Below are positions 17,448-29,176 of a DNA stretch of 64,000 nt, piece after piece. Under the pieces are notes generated by a model, which worked only from the letters and a program-made list of their open reading frames with translations, did not search any database and was not told the origin of the DNA. The DNA comes from an uncultured Pelagibacteraceae bacterium (GTDB taxonomy: Bacteria > Pseudomonadota > Alphaproteobacteria > Pelagibacterales > AG-422-B15): contig CACCCN010000004.1 in NCBI GenBank assembly GCA_902544525.1, positions 1,083-65,082 of the forward strand. Direction: 5' to 3'. The translations under genes were made by a program, and so were the position numbers. Positions within the stretch are counted from its first letter, which is position 1; each line of letters opens with the position of its first letter.

Positions 17448-20024
17448 ATGAAACTAAATGACATAAGAGATACTTTTCTTAACTATTTTAAAAATGATGA
17501 TCATGAAATTGTTCCTTCGAGTCCTTTAGTTCCAAATAATGATCCAACATTGATGTTTGCTAACTCAGGAATGGTTCAGTTTAAAAATGTTTTCACTGGA
17601 CTTGAGACATTAAATTTTACAAGAGCAACTACTTCACAAAAATGTATTAGAGCTGGTGGTAAGCATAATGACCTTGAAAATGTTGGTTATACTGCAAGAC
17701 ATCACACTTTCTTTGAAATGCTTGGAAATTTTTCATTTGGTGATTATTTTAAAGATCACGCCATTGAGATGGCTTGGAATTTAATTACTAAGGAATTCAA
17801 AATAGACAAAGATAAATTATGGGTAACCATTTATCATGATGATGAAGATGCGTTTCAAATATGGAAAAAAATCTCTGGTTTTAACGATGATAGAATAATT
17901 AGAATTAGTACTAATGACAATTTTTGGTCCATGGGTGAAACGGGGCCATGTGGTCCATGTTCTGAAATATTCTATGATCATGGTGAAGAGTATGATGGGT
18001 TCCCACCAAGTGAGGCAGATGCAACAAAAGACAGGTTTGTAGAGATATGGAATCTTGTCTTCATGCAGTATGAGCAATTAGATGCTCAAAAACGTATAGA
18101 TTTGCCAAAACCATCCATTGATACTGGAATGGGCTTAGAGCGCATAGCTGCAGTATTGCAAGGAACAAATAATAATTATGAAATAGACAGTTTTCAGACA
18201 ATCATTAAAAACTCTATTGAGATAACAAAAAAAAATAGTGAAGATGCTATGATTAGTCATCGTGTAATTGCAGACCACTTACGGTCCTCAGCTTTTTTAA
18301 TAGCAGATGGAGTTCTTCCATCAAATGAAGGAAGAGGCTATGTTTTAAGGCGAATTATGAGAAGAGCTATGAGACATGTTCATATGCTTGATTATAAGGA
18401 CCCCTTAATACACCAGTTGGTCCCAATAATTGTTTCTAATATGTCAGCAAATTACCCAGAACTTATAAGGGCACAAACATTAATTACCGAAACATTAAAA
18501 TATGAAGAAATTCGATTTAAAGACTTGCTGACTAATGGAATTAAGCAATTAGATGAAGAGATATCTAAAATATCAAATGACACACTTTCTGGTAAGTCTG
18601 CTTTTAAACTTTACGATACATATGGATTTCCATTTGATCTGACAGAGGATATTTTAAGATCTAAAAATATTAAGGTTAATAAAAATGAATTTAACGAGTC
18701 CCTAGAGAAACAAAAATCTAAGGCACGACAAAATTGGTCTGGAACAGGTAGTAAGGCTACTGATAAAATATGGTTTGATATTCTATCAAATACCACGCCA
18801 ACAGATTTTTTAGGTTACGAGGAGGAAAGTGGAGCAGCGATAATACAATCAATCGTAGTTAAAGATAAAATAGTTAATACCATTAGTGTTAATGATGAGG
18901 CGGTATTAATATTGAATCAAACTACATTCTATGGAGAGTCTGGAGGTCAAATTGGTGACACAGGTATTATTTCTACTGATGACTGCATTTTTGAAGTTAC
19001 AGATACAAAGAAAAAACTAGGACTTCATTTGCACTACGGTAAAGTCAAAAAAGGAAATATGAAAAATGGTGATAGCGTAACACTTGAAATCAATATTTCA
19101 AAAAGAAACTCGTTAAGATCATACCACACAGCCACGCATTTACTTCATCAATCATTAAGAGATACTCTTGGTGATCATGTAACACAAAAAGGTTCTTTGG
19201 TATCATACGATAGATTGAGATTTGATTTCAGTCATCACAAACAAATAAGCAAAGAAGAGGTCGATAAGATCGAGTCTATTGTAGACAATAAAATTGCACA
19301 AAACTATCCTGTATGGACACAGTCAATGAAACCAGAAGATGCAATCAAAATGGGAGCCCTAGCATTGTTTGGTGAAAAATACGGTGATGAGGTGCGTGTT
19401 ATATTTATTGGGGCAGATAAAAATGATGCATATAGCATTGAGTTATGTGGAGGCACGCATGTTAAACAAACTGGAGAAATTGGTAAGTTTAAAATTATAA
19501 GTAACTCATCTGTAGCAGCTGGAATTAGAAGAATAGAGGCAATAAGAGATACAGATGTGGACGAATATGAGTCAGAACTTAGTATAAAAGAAAAAGAACT
19601 CTTAGAAGTTAATAGAATAAAAGAAGATCAAATTAACATTGCCAAACAAGAAAAACAAAAACTTGAAACATTAATTAATGATCAGATTGACGATCTAGAT
19701 GAGTTTAAATTAATAACTGCTTCATGTAAAAATATAAAATCTAAGGATCTACGGAATGTCATTGATAATACAAAAAATAAAATAAAAAAAGATGGTGTAG
19801 TTGTTGTACAGGTCGAAAATGATGAAAAACTGACTTTTCTGATTGGTATTACTAATAAATTATCAGAATCACTTTCTGCAATTGAGATTGCGGAATATGC
19901 AGCTTCTATTTCAGGTGGTAAGGGTGCTGGTGGTCGAAAGGATTTTGCTCAATCTGGAGGAAGCTATAATTCAAATGAAGATCCTTTAACTAAAATAAAA
20001 GAATTTATATTGTCAAAAGTATAG
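17448..20024 (+). CDS. alaS: Alanine--tRNA ligase
   Basis: 858 aa. Class II core (FANSGMVQFK, FEMLGNFSFGDYFK), editing-domain HxxxH...CGGTH, and a C-terminal DHHA1-like region. Confidence 0.97.
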   Translation: MKLNDIRDTFLNYFKNDDHEIVPSSPLVPNNDPTLMFANSGMVQFKNVFTGLETLNFTRATTSQKCIRAGGKHNDLENVGYTARHHTFFEMLGNFSFGDYFKDHAIEMAWNLITKEFKIDKDKLWVTIYHDDEDAFQIWKKISGFNDDRIIRISTNDNFWSMGETGPCGPCSEIFYDHGEEYDGFPPSEADATKDRFVEIWNLVFMQYEQLDAQKRIDLPKPSIDTGMGLERIAAVLQGTNNNYEIDSFQTIIKNSIEITKKNSEDAMISHRVIADHLRSSAFLIADGVLPSNEGRGYVLRRIMRRAMRHVHMLDYKDPLIHQLVPIIVSNMSANYPELIRAQTLITETLKYEEIRFKDLLTNGIKQLDEEISKISNDTLSGKSAFKLYDTYGFPFDLTEDILRSKNIKVNKNEFNESLEKQKSKARQNWSGTGSKATDKIWFDILSNTTPTDFLGYEEESGAAIIQSIVVKDKIVNTISVNDEAVLILNQTTFYGESGGQIGDTGIISTDDCIFEVTDTKKKLGLHLHYGKVKKGNMKNGDSVTLEINISKRNSLRSYHTATHLLHQSLRDTLGDHVTQKGSLVSYDRLRFDFSHHKQISKEEVDKIESIVDNKIAQNYPVWTQSMKPEDAIKMGALALFGEKYGDEVRVIFIGADKNDAYSIELCGGTHVKQTGEIGKFKIISNSSVAAGIRRIEAIRDTDVDEYESELSIKEKELLEVNRIKEDQINIAKQEKQKLETLINDQIDDLDEFKLITASCKNIKSKDLRNVIDNTKNKIKKDGVVVVQVENDEKLTFLIGITNKLSESLSAIEIAEYAASISGGKGAGGRKDFAQSGGSYNSNEDPLTKIKEFILSKV

Positions 20025-20029
20025 ATTGA

Positions 20030-21247
20030 CTAAGCTATTACCGTTTGAAGATTTTGGTCAATCTTAGCTAAAAATTCCTGAGTATTTAGCCACTTTTGAT
20101 TTTCAGAAACGAGTATAGCAAGGTCTTTTGTCATGTTGCCACTTTCAACAGTGTCAACGCACACCTTTTCTAGTTTGCTAGCAAAATCAATCAATGCTTC
20201 ATTCTCATCCATTTTGCCTCGGTAAGACAAACCCCTTGTCCAAGCAAATATTGAAGCTATTGGATTAGTAGATGTAGCTTCACCTTTTTGATGCATTCTA
20301 TAATGCCTTGTGACTGTCCCATGGGCAGCTTCAGCTTCTATAGTTTTTCCATCTGGGGTCATTAAGACACTAGTCATTAAACCTAGTGATCCAAATCCTT
20401 GAGCAACTGTATCAGATTGAACATCACCATCATAATTTTTACATGCCCAAACAAACTTACCGTTCCATTTTAAGGCAGCGGCTACCATATCATCAATTAA
20501 CCTATGCTCATAAGCAACACCATGAGATTCAAATTCAGCCTGAAATTCTTCTTCATATACTTCTTGAAAAAGATCTTTAAAGCGACCGTCGTATGCTTTT
20601 AATATTGTATTCTTTGTTGATAGATATACTGGCCACTTTCGCATCAAAGCGTAGTTCATACACGCTCTCGCAAAATCTCTAATAGAGTCATCAAGATTAT
20701 ACATTGCCATTGCAATACCACTTGAAGGAAAGTCAAATACATTTTGTTCAATTGGATATGCAGTAGGGTCCTCGGGAGTCCATTTAATTGTTAATTTTCC
20801 CTTGCCAGGAACCCTAAAATCAGTTGCGCGATATTGATCACCAAACGCATGTCTTCCAATAACAATAGGATCAGTCCAACCTGGTACTAGTTTTGGAATA
20901 TTTTTACATACTATAGGCTCTCTAAATACTGTGCCGCCTAAAATGTTTCTTATAGTTCCATTTGGTGAACGCCACATAGTTTTAAGATCAAATTCAGTTA
21001 CTCTATCCTCATCCGGAGTAATTGTTGCACACTTAACACCAACGCCATATTTTTTTATTGCTTCAGCAGAATCAATAGTTACTTGGTCATTTGTTTTATC
21101 TCTATTTTCAATACCTAAATCATAATAGTGAAGGTCGACGTCGATATATGGTAAAATAAGTTTTTCTTTAATAAATTCCCATATAATTCTCGTCATTTCA
21201 TCGCCATCTACTTCAATGACTGGATTTTTGACTTTAATTTTTGACAT
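20030..21247 (-). CDS. icd: NADP-dependent isocitrate dehydrogenase, eukaryote-like homodimeric type
   Basis: 405 aa. N-terminal [13 protein letters not shown] and other blocks typical of IDH1/2-like enzymes. Confidence 0.95.
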   Translation of the reverse strand: MSKIKVKNPVIEVDGDEMTRIIWEFIKEKLILPYIDVDLHYYDLGIENRDKTNDQVTIDSAEAIKKYGVGVKCATITPDEDRVTEFDLKTMWRSPNGTIRNILGGTVFREPIVCKNIPKLVPGWTDPIVIGRHAFGDQYRATDFRVPGKGKLTIKWTPEDPTAYPIEQNVFDFPSSGIAMAMYNLDDSIRDFARACMNYALMRKWPVYLSTKNTILKAYDGRFKDLFQEVYEEEFQAEFESHGVAYEHRLIDDMVAAALKWNGKFVWACKNYDGDVQSDTVAQGFGSLGLMTSVLMTPDGKTIEAEAAHGTVTRHYRMHQKGEATSTNPIASIFAWTRGLSYRGKMDENEALIDFASKLEKVCVDTVESGNMTKDLAILVSENQKWLNTQEFLAKIDQNLQTVIA

Positions 21248-21791
21248 CTAAATTTAGAACCTTTCGAAGTTCCTCGGAATTTTTAACAACAATATATGCA
21301 TCTTTTATATTTTCACCGGCAAATTTGCAATCAATAGTTTTATCTATTAGTGAAATTAATTGTTCCCAATAATTATCGATATTAAATAAAATTATTGGCT
21401 TCTTGTGAATTTGTAATTGTTTCCATGATAAGACTTCAAAGAACTCTTCAAGGGTTCCAATACCTCCTGGAAGTATTAAAAATTTATCTGCCTTATTAAA
21501 CATATTAATTTTACGTTCATGCATCGTTTCAACAACTTCAATACTAGAAATATTTAAATTCTTTTTTTCTTTATCTGCAAGGTGGTTAGTTATAGTACCT
21601 TCAACAACTCCACCATTATCAAATGCTGCATTAGCAATAATCCCCATCAGGCCCATGTCACCGCCACCATATATAATTTTAATGTTATTTTTTGCTAATA
21701 AATGCCCTAATTCTTTTGCTATTTTAGAAAAAATAGTTTCTGACCCGTTTGATGAGCCACAGTATACAGCTATTGATCTCATTGTGCCCAA
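21234..21791 (-). CDS. LOG family protein (TIGR00730-type nucleotide phosphoribohydrolase)
   Basis: PGGxGTxxE motif ([14 protein letters not shown]) and GGGDMGLMG motif. Overlaps the icd start by 14 nt. Confidence 0.85.
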   Translation of the reverse strand: MGTMRSIAVYCGSSNGSETIFSKIAKELGHLLAKNNIKIIYGGGDMGLMGIIANAAFDNGGVVEGTITNHLADKEKKNLNISSIEVVETMHERKINMFNKADKFLILPGGIGTLEEFFEVLSWKQLQIHKKPIILFNIDNYWEQLISLIDKTIDCKFAGENIKDAYIVVKNSEELRKVLNLDVKN

Positions 21792-21797
21792 TGTAGA

Positions 21798-24700
21798 TTA
21801 GTTAATTGCTATTTGCGAGTGTCTTTTTGTAAATAGAGATTTAAGTGCATCTGGTAATGCCAATAGGGCGGGCGTTACAAATAAAGTTGCAACAGCAGCA
21901 AAGCTCAAACCCCAGACTAAAGCCCATGCAAGGGGCTCAGTAAAATACGTTTCAGCACTTTTGTAACTTATAGTTCTTTCAAAAATATTAATACTCAATT
22001 GTAAGGCCGAGGGTAGAATTCCTATTACTGTTGTAATATTAGTAAGAAGGATTGGTCTTATTCTACTTTTTGTTGACAGAATAATGGCCTTAATTTTGTC
22101 TGGCTCGTTTTTTTTAATTTTTCTATAACTATCAATTAAGATTATATTATTGTTTACAACAATACCTGCACAGGCGACTATACCAAGCCCAGTCATAATT
22201 ATATTAAAATTCATTTGCAAAACAATTAATCCTACAAATATACCTGTCGTAGATAAAACCAATGAGAATAAGATAATAAATGTATGATAAAAATTATTAA
22301 ATAATGAGATTAAGATAATAAACATTGCCAGTAATGCAAATATAAATGCGCCAGTCACAAAGTTAACAGAGCTTTGCGAGTCCTCTGCTTCTCCTATAAA
22401 TTTAGTATTAACTTCGAGTGGTAATCCAGCTGTGTTTACCCATTCTTTTAGTTTAGTTATTATTTCTACAGTATTAGCATTATTTGATACATCTGCATCA
22501 ATTACTAAATTTCTTTCTCCATCTTTCCTTCCAATAGAATATATTTTGTCTACTGGTTTTTTAGAAACAAATTCTGAAATTGGTAATGGACCTTTCATTG
22601 TGTTGACTTTAAGTGTCTCAATATTTTCGAGAGTTCTTTGATCGTCTGGAAGATAGATTTTAATATCAAGTTCGTCTGTATCTTTTGGTCTTAATGTGCC
22701 AATTTTTAGACCATCTGTAGCAATGTTTATGATAGCCCCGATTGATTGAATAGGAACATCAAATTTACTAGTTTGTTTTCTGTCAATATCATATTTCCAC
22801 TCAAGCCCAGTAATTGGATATTTAATTTCAGCATTCTCTATCTCAGGAAAATTATCTAGTTTTGATTTAATTATCTCAGCTGTTTGAGCTAAGAGCCTTT
22901 TGTCAGACGAAGAAACTTCTATTTCAATTGGTTTACCAGCATTAAGAACACTACTGATTGAGTTTTCCTTTATTTCAATACCATAACCAACAATTTTATC
23001 AAAATCTCTTCTAAGCTCGTCAATTATTATACTTGGATCTAAGATTTCGTCTGGATTTTTAAATTCCATCCATACTTTTGCTATTATATCAGATGGGTTT
23101 TGATCAAAAATCCAAATATGTTTTCTTTGTACTGTATTTGCAACGTAGTTCTCGACATATGGATTTTTATCAATAATTTCAACAACTTCATTAATATATT
23201 TGGTCTTTTCTTCCGTAGTTAGATTGCCTCTTGCTGTAACATTTATTCTTGCCCCATCCGCCTTATCATCTGGAAAGAATTGAATACCAGTTCCAAATTT
23301 TCCATAAATTAGTATGACCATTATGAATGTTAATAAGCTTAAGCTCGCAATTTTGATAGGTGAATCTATAGCTAGCTTTAAAACATTTTCATATTTTTTA
23401 ATTAAGAATTGATTTTTATTGTCTGAAACTGGACTCATGTCAGACGTTTTTTTCTCAATCATTGAGCCCAATGCAGGAACAAAAATAAGTGTGACTATTA
23501 GTGAGCAGCTGAGAACAACTATCACAGTAATAGGAATTACTCTCAACCATTGACCAATAGTATCAGGCCAAAAAACAAGTGGGATAAAGGCGGCAATAGT
23601 AGTCAAGGCAGACGCAATTATAGGCCAGAACATATTATAAGAAGCGTTAATATATGAGTCTCTTCGCCTTACACCTCTTTCTTGCTCAGCTCTTGCATAT
23701 TCGGATATTACGATTGGTCCGTCAACTAACATACCTACTGCTAAAATTAATCCGAATATTGTCATCAGATTGTAGGACATGCCAATAGAATCTAAAATTA
23801 ATATTGAGAATAGATATGTTACAGGAATTGCAAATCCAATTAATAATCCACTTCTAATTCCCAATATACCAATGACAATAATCATAACTAATATTATTGC
23901 TGTAATAACTGTATTTTCAGCAGCACCAATTCTCTGATTAATAGAAATAGACTCATCATCAATAATAATTGCTTCAATATTTGGATGAAATTTTCCAATA
24001 TTATTATTTAATATTTCTCTTACAGATTCGTATGAAGCAAGGACATTGGTTCCAGGTTTTCTAGCAACGTCCATTCCTAAAGCTTGATATCCATTTACTT
24101 TTACATATTCTTTTCTTTCTAAAAAAGATCTTTCAATCTTTGCAACATCTTTTAATTCTAAGACAAAATTATTTATTGATCTAATTGGGAGATATTTTAA
24201 TTCTTCATAATCCTCATAAAGACCAGGAACTTTAATTGAAAAATCTGCATTATCGTCAGCTAAAATCCCTGCGGGAACCAAGTTATTGAAAGATTTTAGT
24301 GCATTTACTATTTCGATTATATTTACCTTATGTTTTTCCAATAGCCCTGGATCAACAGTAATTTTTACAATCTCTTCCTTAGCTCCATTTATTTCAACCT
24401 CAGTAACATTAGGAATTGTTTCAAATTGAGACTTATATTCTTCGGCTACGTTATGTAAAATTCTATAGGGTACATCGCCATAAATCCCTATTTTGATTTC
24501 TGAAAACAGTGATGAGTCATATTCTCTTACATCTTCTATTTCAACATTATCCGGTAATTTGCTCCTGCTATCCTCAACTTTATTTCTGACAAATTTTGAT
24601 AAATTTTCCTCATCTGTATTCAAATGGAATTGCACCATAAACTGAACAAGACTATCTTTTGAAATAGATATTACACTTTTTATTCCCTCTAAAGACATTA

Positions 24701-24917
24701 GCTCTCGTTCTAATGGTTCAGTTACTAGTTTCTCTATATCATCAGACACCAATCCCTGATAACTAGCTACTACAGCAACCGTTTTAAGGTTCACTTCAGG
24801 TCTTTCCTCCTTTGGAAATGTGATATATGAAATAATGCCCAGCAATGAAATCATCAATAACAAAGTTGAAATTGTTTTCTTCCTTAATAGAACTGTTGCT
24901 AGAGCATTTTTTAGCAT
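21798..24917 (-). CDS. RND efflux permease (AcrB/MdtC-like), distal paralogue
   Basis: About 1040 aa with 12-TM, two-large-loop RND architecture. Start set at MLKNALATV (24917), 1 nt after the stop of the upstream RND gene. Confidence 0.9.
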   Translation of the reverse strand: MLKNALATVLLRKKTISTLLLMISLLGIISYITFPKEERPEVNLKTVAVVASYQGLVSDDIEKLVTEPLERELMSLEGIKSVISISKDSLVQFMVQFHLNTDEENLSKFVRNKVEDSRSKLPDNVEIEDVREYDSSLFSEIKIGIYGDVPYRILHNVAEEYKSQFETIPNVTEVEINGAKEEIVKITVDPGLLEKHKVNIIEIVNALKSFNNLVPAGILADDNADFSIKVPGLYEDYEELKYLPIRSINNFVLELKDVAKIERSFLERKEYVKVNGYQALGMDVARKPGTNVLASYESVREILNNNIGKFHPNIEAIIIDDESISINQRIGAAENTVITAIILVMIIVIGILGIRSGLLIGFAIPVTYLFSILILDSIGMSYNLMTIFGLILAVGMLVDGPIVISEYARAEQERGVRRRDSYINASYNMFWPIIASALTTIAAFIPLVFWPDTIGQWLRVIPITVIVVLSCSLIVTLIFVPALGSMIEKKTSDMSPVSDNKNQFLIKKYENVLKLAIDSPIKIASLSLLTFIMVILIYGKFGTGIQFFPDDKADGARINVTARGNLTTEEKTKYINEVVEIIDKNPYVENYVANTVQRKHIWIFDQNPSDIIAKVWMEFKNPDEILDPSIIIDELRRDFDKIVGYGIEIKENSISSVLNAGKPIEIEVSSSDKRLLAQTAEIIKSKLDNFPEIENAEIKYPITGLEWKYDIDRKQTSKFDVPIQSIGAIINIATDGLKIGTLRPKDTDELDIKIYLPDDQRTLENIETLKVNTMKGPLPISEFVSKKPVDKIYSIGRKDGERNLVIDADVSNNANTVEIITKLKEWVNTAGLPLEVNTKFIGEAEDSQSSVNFVTGAFIFALLAMFIILISLFNNFYHTFIILFSLVLSTTGIFVGLIVLQMNFNIIMTGLGIVACAGIVVNNNIILIDSYRKIKKNEPDKIKAIILSTKSRIRPILLTNITTVIGILPSALQLSINIFERTISYKSAETYFTEPLAWALVWGLSFAAVATLFVTPALLALPDALKSLFTKRHSQIAIN

Positions 24918-24918
24918 C

Positions 24919-27900
24919 TTAAATAAAAATATATCTCTTCTTTCTAGAAGCAATTATTTTTCTCACGTGTCCAGGCAAAATCAGTAAACAAGGAGTAACT
25001 ATTAAAGTTAAAATAGCTGAGAAAGATAACCCATAAACAATGCATTGTGCTAAAGGAGCCCAAAAAGTAGTAGTAAATGAATTATAATCAATAGTCCGAC
25101 CAACAGGATCAATACTTAAATCAAGCGCAAGTGGAATTAAACCTAACATCGTTGTGACAGTGGTTAAAAATATTGGTCTCAATCTTTGTGCACACGCTTT
25201 TAAAATAGAATCTTTAATATCCATATCATTTTTATTATGAATAAAATTGAACGCATCAATTAAAATAATATTGTTGTTGACCACAATACCAGCCAAAGAA
25301 ATAACACCAATACCATGCAAAATTGCACTAAATTCTTGATTAAATATTAATAAGCCAGTGAAAACTCCTGCCGTACTCATAATTACAGCAGTTAAAATTA
25401 TAAAACTTTGATAAAAACTATTGAACTGAGTTACAAGCAATGCAGCCATTAAAAGGAGGGAAATTATCATTGCCTGAACAACAAATTTCATAGAGTCATT
25501 TTGCTCTTCGTTTTCACCACCAAAAACAATATCAATTTGTGATGGATATTCTTGAGTCTTTATCCATGACTCTATTTCTGATACTTTTTCTCCAACTGTT
25601 ACTCCCTCAGTAGTATTCATTTTAATATACATTACATTCCGAGCATCATAGCGTCGTAAAAAGCTGACATTTTTTTTCGCTTTTTTTGTTACAAAATTAC
25701 TTATTGGAACAGCGCCATTATTAGTCTCAATTGTGATTTCATCTAATTGATCGATTGATCTATCCTGCTCAGGAAACCTTACATAGATTTCTAATTCTTC
25801 ATCAACATCATCTGGACGATATTTGCCCAACATGACACCATTAGTAACTAAATTAACAGCAGTTCCAATTGTGAATATATCGGCACCATATTGAGCAGCT
25901 TTTGGCTTATCTATAGTTAACTGCCATTCAACTAAAGGAATAGGAAGTGTGTCTTCAATACTTGCAAGCCCTTCAACATTTTCGTCTATGAAAGTTCTTA
26001 GTTCCTTGGTGAAGGGTATTAATAAGTCAGTAGATGGACCTGAGAGTCTTATTTCAATATCTTTACCTACAGGAGGCCCATTTTGCAACTCATCAACCGA
26101 AACTTTTATTCCAGAAATAAGATCAGTTTTTTTTCGAATATCGTCAATTATTTCGTAACCATTTTTTCGTTCTTTTCGTTCAATAAATTCAAAGAATACA
26201 TTTGCGATTGTATCTTCAGCATTCCCTCCACGGGATCCAATTCCTCCAAATCGACCAGTTTGTAAATATATATTTTTTATACCAGGTGTTTCCGTTAGAA
26301 TTTCTTCAACTTCAGATGTAAGATTATTTATTTCTTCAATTGATAAATTACCTCTTGCAGAAATTTTAACATTTCCAAAATATGGATCCGTTTGACTAAA
26401 AAATACCATACCTGGACCAAAAGACATGTAGGAAGATATAATAATATAAAGCGTTATAATAATTGATGATAAAACTAGTATTGGTCGTTTTATTACCCAA
26501 TTTAAAATAGATACATACTTTCCTAAATAGCCAGTTAATTCTTCAAGATTAAAATTCTTTTCAGAACCAAGGCTCGAAAAGTTTTTCTTTGATGATGATG
26601 ATGCAACGCCAAATACACTACCAATAACTGGTACAAACAAAAGACTATAAAATAGAGCAATTAGAAGCACTATAAATATTGTTAAGGGGAGCACTCGCAT
26701 AAATTGACCTGAAATCCCAGGCCAAAAATATAATGGTATAAATACTGCTAGAGTTGTTGCTGATGATGCAACGATTGGCCAAAACATTCTTTTAGCGGCA
26801 TAAACATAAGCTTCTTGTTTTTTGAAACCTTCAACCATTTTTCTATCAGCAAACTCTACAACAACTAGAGATCCATCTATAAGCATTCCTAAAGCTACTA
26901 GTATCCCAAAAATGACCATAAAATTGTAATCATAACCAGTAATATAAAGAACAAATAAAGATACTAAGATTGATATTGGAATTCCTGAACCAACAATTAA
27001 TGAAGAACGTATTCCAAGAGCTAGCATAGTTATAATAATAACGAAGAGTGTTGCTAAAAGAATATTGCCCTGAAGTGACTGAACCTGTTTGGCAATATAA
27101 TTTCTATTATCTAAAATAAAATTTATATTTATGTCACTTGAAATTTTATTCTTATAAGAGTTAACTACCTCTTCAACTTGATCGAGTGTTTCAATTATAT
27201 TTTCACCTCGACTTTTCTTAACAAAAATTGAGAGAGTTTTTTTACCATCTATTTTAGAATAACTTTCACGATCTTTAAAATTTCTTTTTACCTTAGCTAT
27301 ATCAGATAAATATATTGTACTATTATCAGTAGATCTTACCGGTAAGTCATATACATCTCTCGCGGTTTCAAATAAACCAGGAAGACTTACTGAAAACTGG
27401 CCTTTACCAGTTTCAATTTCGCCAGCAGTAACGACTTGATTATTGTTTGCAACTGCTCTTAAAATTTCATTGTATGAGATGTTATAACTCTCTAATTGTG
27501 ATCTATTTATAGTAGCTTCAAGTTGTTCATCTCTGGCTCCAACTATCTCAGCGTCAAATACTGCAGGTATTAATTCGATATCTTTTTTAATCTCTCGGGC
27601 GAGGTTCAATAAATATCTCTCACCAGAAACATCAGAATTTATAGTAATTATAACTATGGGCTCATCAGAAATTGACAACTCTCTTACAACCGGATCCTTT
27701 GCATCTTCCGGAAATTTGGACTCTGCATCGCTCACAGCATCCCTAATTTTATCAATTGAAATCTTCATAGAATCAACAGCTTCAAATCTGACTATTACAG
27801 CCGCATAGTCTTCACCGGCAAACCCCTGCATTTCCTCTATTCCTGAAATTCCCCTTATCTCATCTTCAAGTGGTTTTAAAAGAAGTCTCTCGGCGTCGCT

Positions 27901-28062
27901 TGGAGAGATACCAGGGAGCACAACACCAGCATAAACGACAGGTGATGTGATTTCAGGTTCAGATTCGATAGGAATATTAATTCTTCCAATAATTCCAGCA
28001 AAAATTAAAACAACTAAAATTGCTAGAGTAGTTCTCTTTCTATCAACTAAAAATTCTATCAT
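24919..28062 (-). CDS. RND efflux permease (AcrB/MdtB-like), proximal paralogue
   Basis: 1047 aa with RND architecture, directly downstream of the membrane fusion protein. Confidence 0.9.
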   Translation of the reverse strand: MIEFLVDRKRTTLAILVVLIFAGIIGRINIPIESEPEITSPVVYAGVVLPGISPSDAERLLLKPLEDEIRGISGIEEMQGFAGEDYAAVIVRFEAVDSMKISIDKIRDAVSDAESKFPEDAKDPVVRELSISDEPIVIITINSDVSGERYLLNLAREIKKDIELIPAVFDAEIVGARDEQLEATINRSQLESYNISYNEILRAVANNNQVVTAGEIETGKGQFSVSLPGLFETARDVYDLPVRSTDNSTIYLSDIAKVKRNFKDRESYSKIDGKKTLSIFVKKSRGENIIETLDQVEEVVNSYKNKISSDININFILDNRNYIAKQVQSLQGNILLATLFVIIITMLALGIRSSLIVGSGIPISILVSLFVLYITGYDYNFMVIFGILVALGMLIDGSLVVVEFADRKMVEGFKKQEAYVYAAKRMFWPIVASSATTLAVFIPLYFWPGISGQFMRVLPLTIFIVLLIALFYSLLFVPVIGSVFGVASSSSKKNFSSLGSEKNFNLEELTGYLGKYVSILNWVIKRPILVLSSIIITLYIIISSYMSFGPGMVFFSQTDPYFGNVKISARGNLSIEEINNLTSEVEEILTETPGIKNIYLQTGRFGGIGSRGGNAEDTIANVFFEFIERKERKNGYEIIDDIRKKTDLISGIKVSVDELQNGPPVGKDIEIRLSGPSTDLLIPFTKELRTFIDENVEGLASIEDTLPIPLVEWQLTIDKPKAAQYGADIFTIGTAVNLVTNGVMLGKYRPDDVDEELEIYVRFPEQDRSIDQLDEITIETNNGAVPISNFVTKKAKKNVSFLRRYDARNVMYIKMNTTEGVTVGEKVSEIESWIKTQEYPSQIDIVFGGENEEQNDSMKFVVQAMIISLLLMAALLVTQFNSFYQSFIILTAVIMSTAGVFTGLLIFNQEFSAILHGIGVISLAGIVVNNNIILIDAFNFIHNKNDMDIKDSILKACAQRLRPIFLTTVTTMLGLIPLALDLSIDPVGRTIDYNSFTTTFWAPLAQCIVYGLSFSAILTLIVTPCLLILPGHVRKIIASRKKRYIFI

Positions 28063-28102
28063 AGCAGTCTTTTGTTAATCTAATTTCCAAAAAAATTATA
28101 AT

Positions 28103-29176
28103 TTAGCCTTGATCAATTTGTGTGTTAATTTTTTGACCATCTATTACGTATTCTTGACCAACAGTAATTAATATTGTTTGTTCGGGCAGTCCAATTACCC
28201 AAATACCATCTGCTGTATCTTCGATAATTTGAATTTTTAAAAATTTGGCAATATTATCCTCAACTATTTTAACTCCTAAATCTCCAGCATCATTTAAAGA
28301 CAAAAGATAAGAGGGGATAAGTTGTGCTTTTACTTCTTGGAGTGGAACTTTGATGGTTGCAGTAATACCCTCTCTGATTAATCCATTTTTATTATCAAAT
28401 GTTGCTTCAATTTTATATGTTCTAGTAGCTGAATTTGAGGATTTGCTAATGTAAGATATTTGACCATCTATTTTTTTTCCATCAAGTAACTCAATGCTTA
28501 CTTTTTGATCAGGTATCATCTGAACAATATTTTTCTCTGTTACCTCACCTGAAACAATCATTGGATCAAGTTGAATAATTGATCCACACATTTGTGAGGG
28601 GGATATCAAGTCGCCAACTTTTACATTTATGTCTTCTACAAACCCATCAAAAGGGGCTTTAAGCATAGTATTGTTCACAGCATTCTCAGCAATCTCTCTT
28701 CTTGCAACAGCTCCTTTTAAAATTGCCTCAGCAGATGCCACTGCATTTTCTGATCTATAACCTTCTTTTGCCAGAGCTACTGTTGCATCAAACTTTAGTT
28801 GGGCTTGTTTCTCATTAGCAATAGCCTCATCTAGCCTTGCAACTCGATCTTCAGGATCAAGCTTACAAATTACATCGCCTTTTTTAACATTTTGTCCTTT
28901 GTCAAGAGTTTCAAGAATAGTAGATGTTGTTTTAGGTCGTAAAATAACTTTACTATCTGCTTCAGTTCTACCTCTAATAGTTAAAAAATAAATTTTATTC
29001 TCTGCACTAATATTTGTAGCTCGAACTGAAACTATCTGCTCAGAGTCGATACTTTCAATAGAAACTTCTTTGTCATTGGACTTAAGGAATCCTGATGCAA
29101 TCCACATGACTACAACAACAAATATTATTAATGCTGACTTATAATTTGTTGGTAGAGATTTAAATTTTTTAACCAT
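28103..29176 (-). CDS. RND efflux membrane fusion protein (HlyD/AcrA family)
   Basis: N-terminal membrane anchor, lipoyl/barrel-sandwich and coiled-coil hairpin pattern. Sits between padR and the RND pumps. Confidence 0.85.
   Translation of the reverse strand: MVKKFKSLPTNYKSALIIFVVVVMWIASGFLKSNDKEVSIESIDSEQIVSVRATNISAENKIYFLTIRGRTEADSKVILRPKTTSTILETLDKGQNVKKGDVICKLDPEDRVARLDEAIANEKQAQLKFDATVALAKEGYRSENAVASAEAILKGAVARREIAENAVNNTMLKAPFDGFVEDINVKVGDLISPSQMCGSIIQLDPMIVSGEVTEKNIVQMIPDQKVSIELLDGKKIDGQISYISKSSNSATRTYKIEATFDNKNGLIREGITATIKVPLQEVKAQLIPSYLLSLNDAGDLGVKIVEDNIAKFLKIQIIEDTADGIWVIGLPEQTILITVGQEYVIDGQKINTQIDQG

Noticed and set aside
24918-24953. 12-aa extension of the distal RND permease overlapping the proximal RND gene.
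   Set aside because: The ATG at 24917 gives a typical RND N-terminus and a 1-nt intergenic gap.
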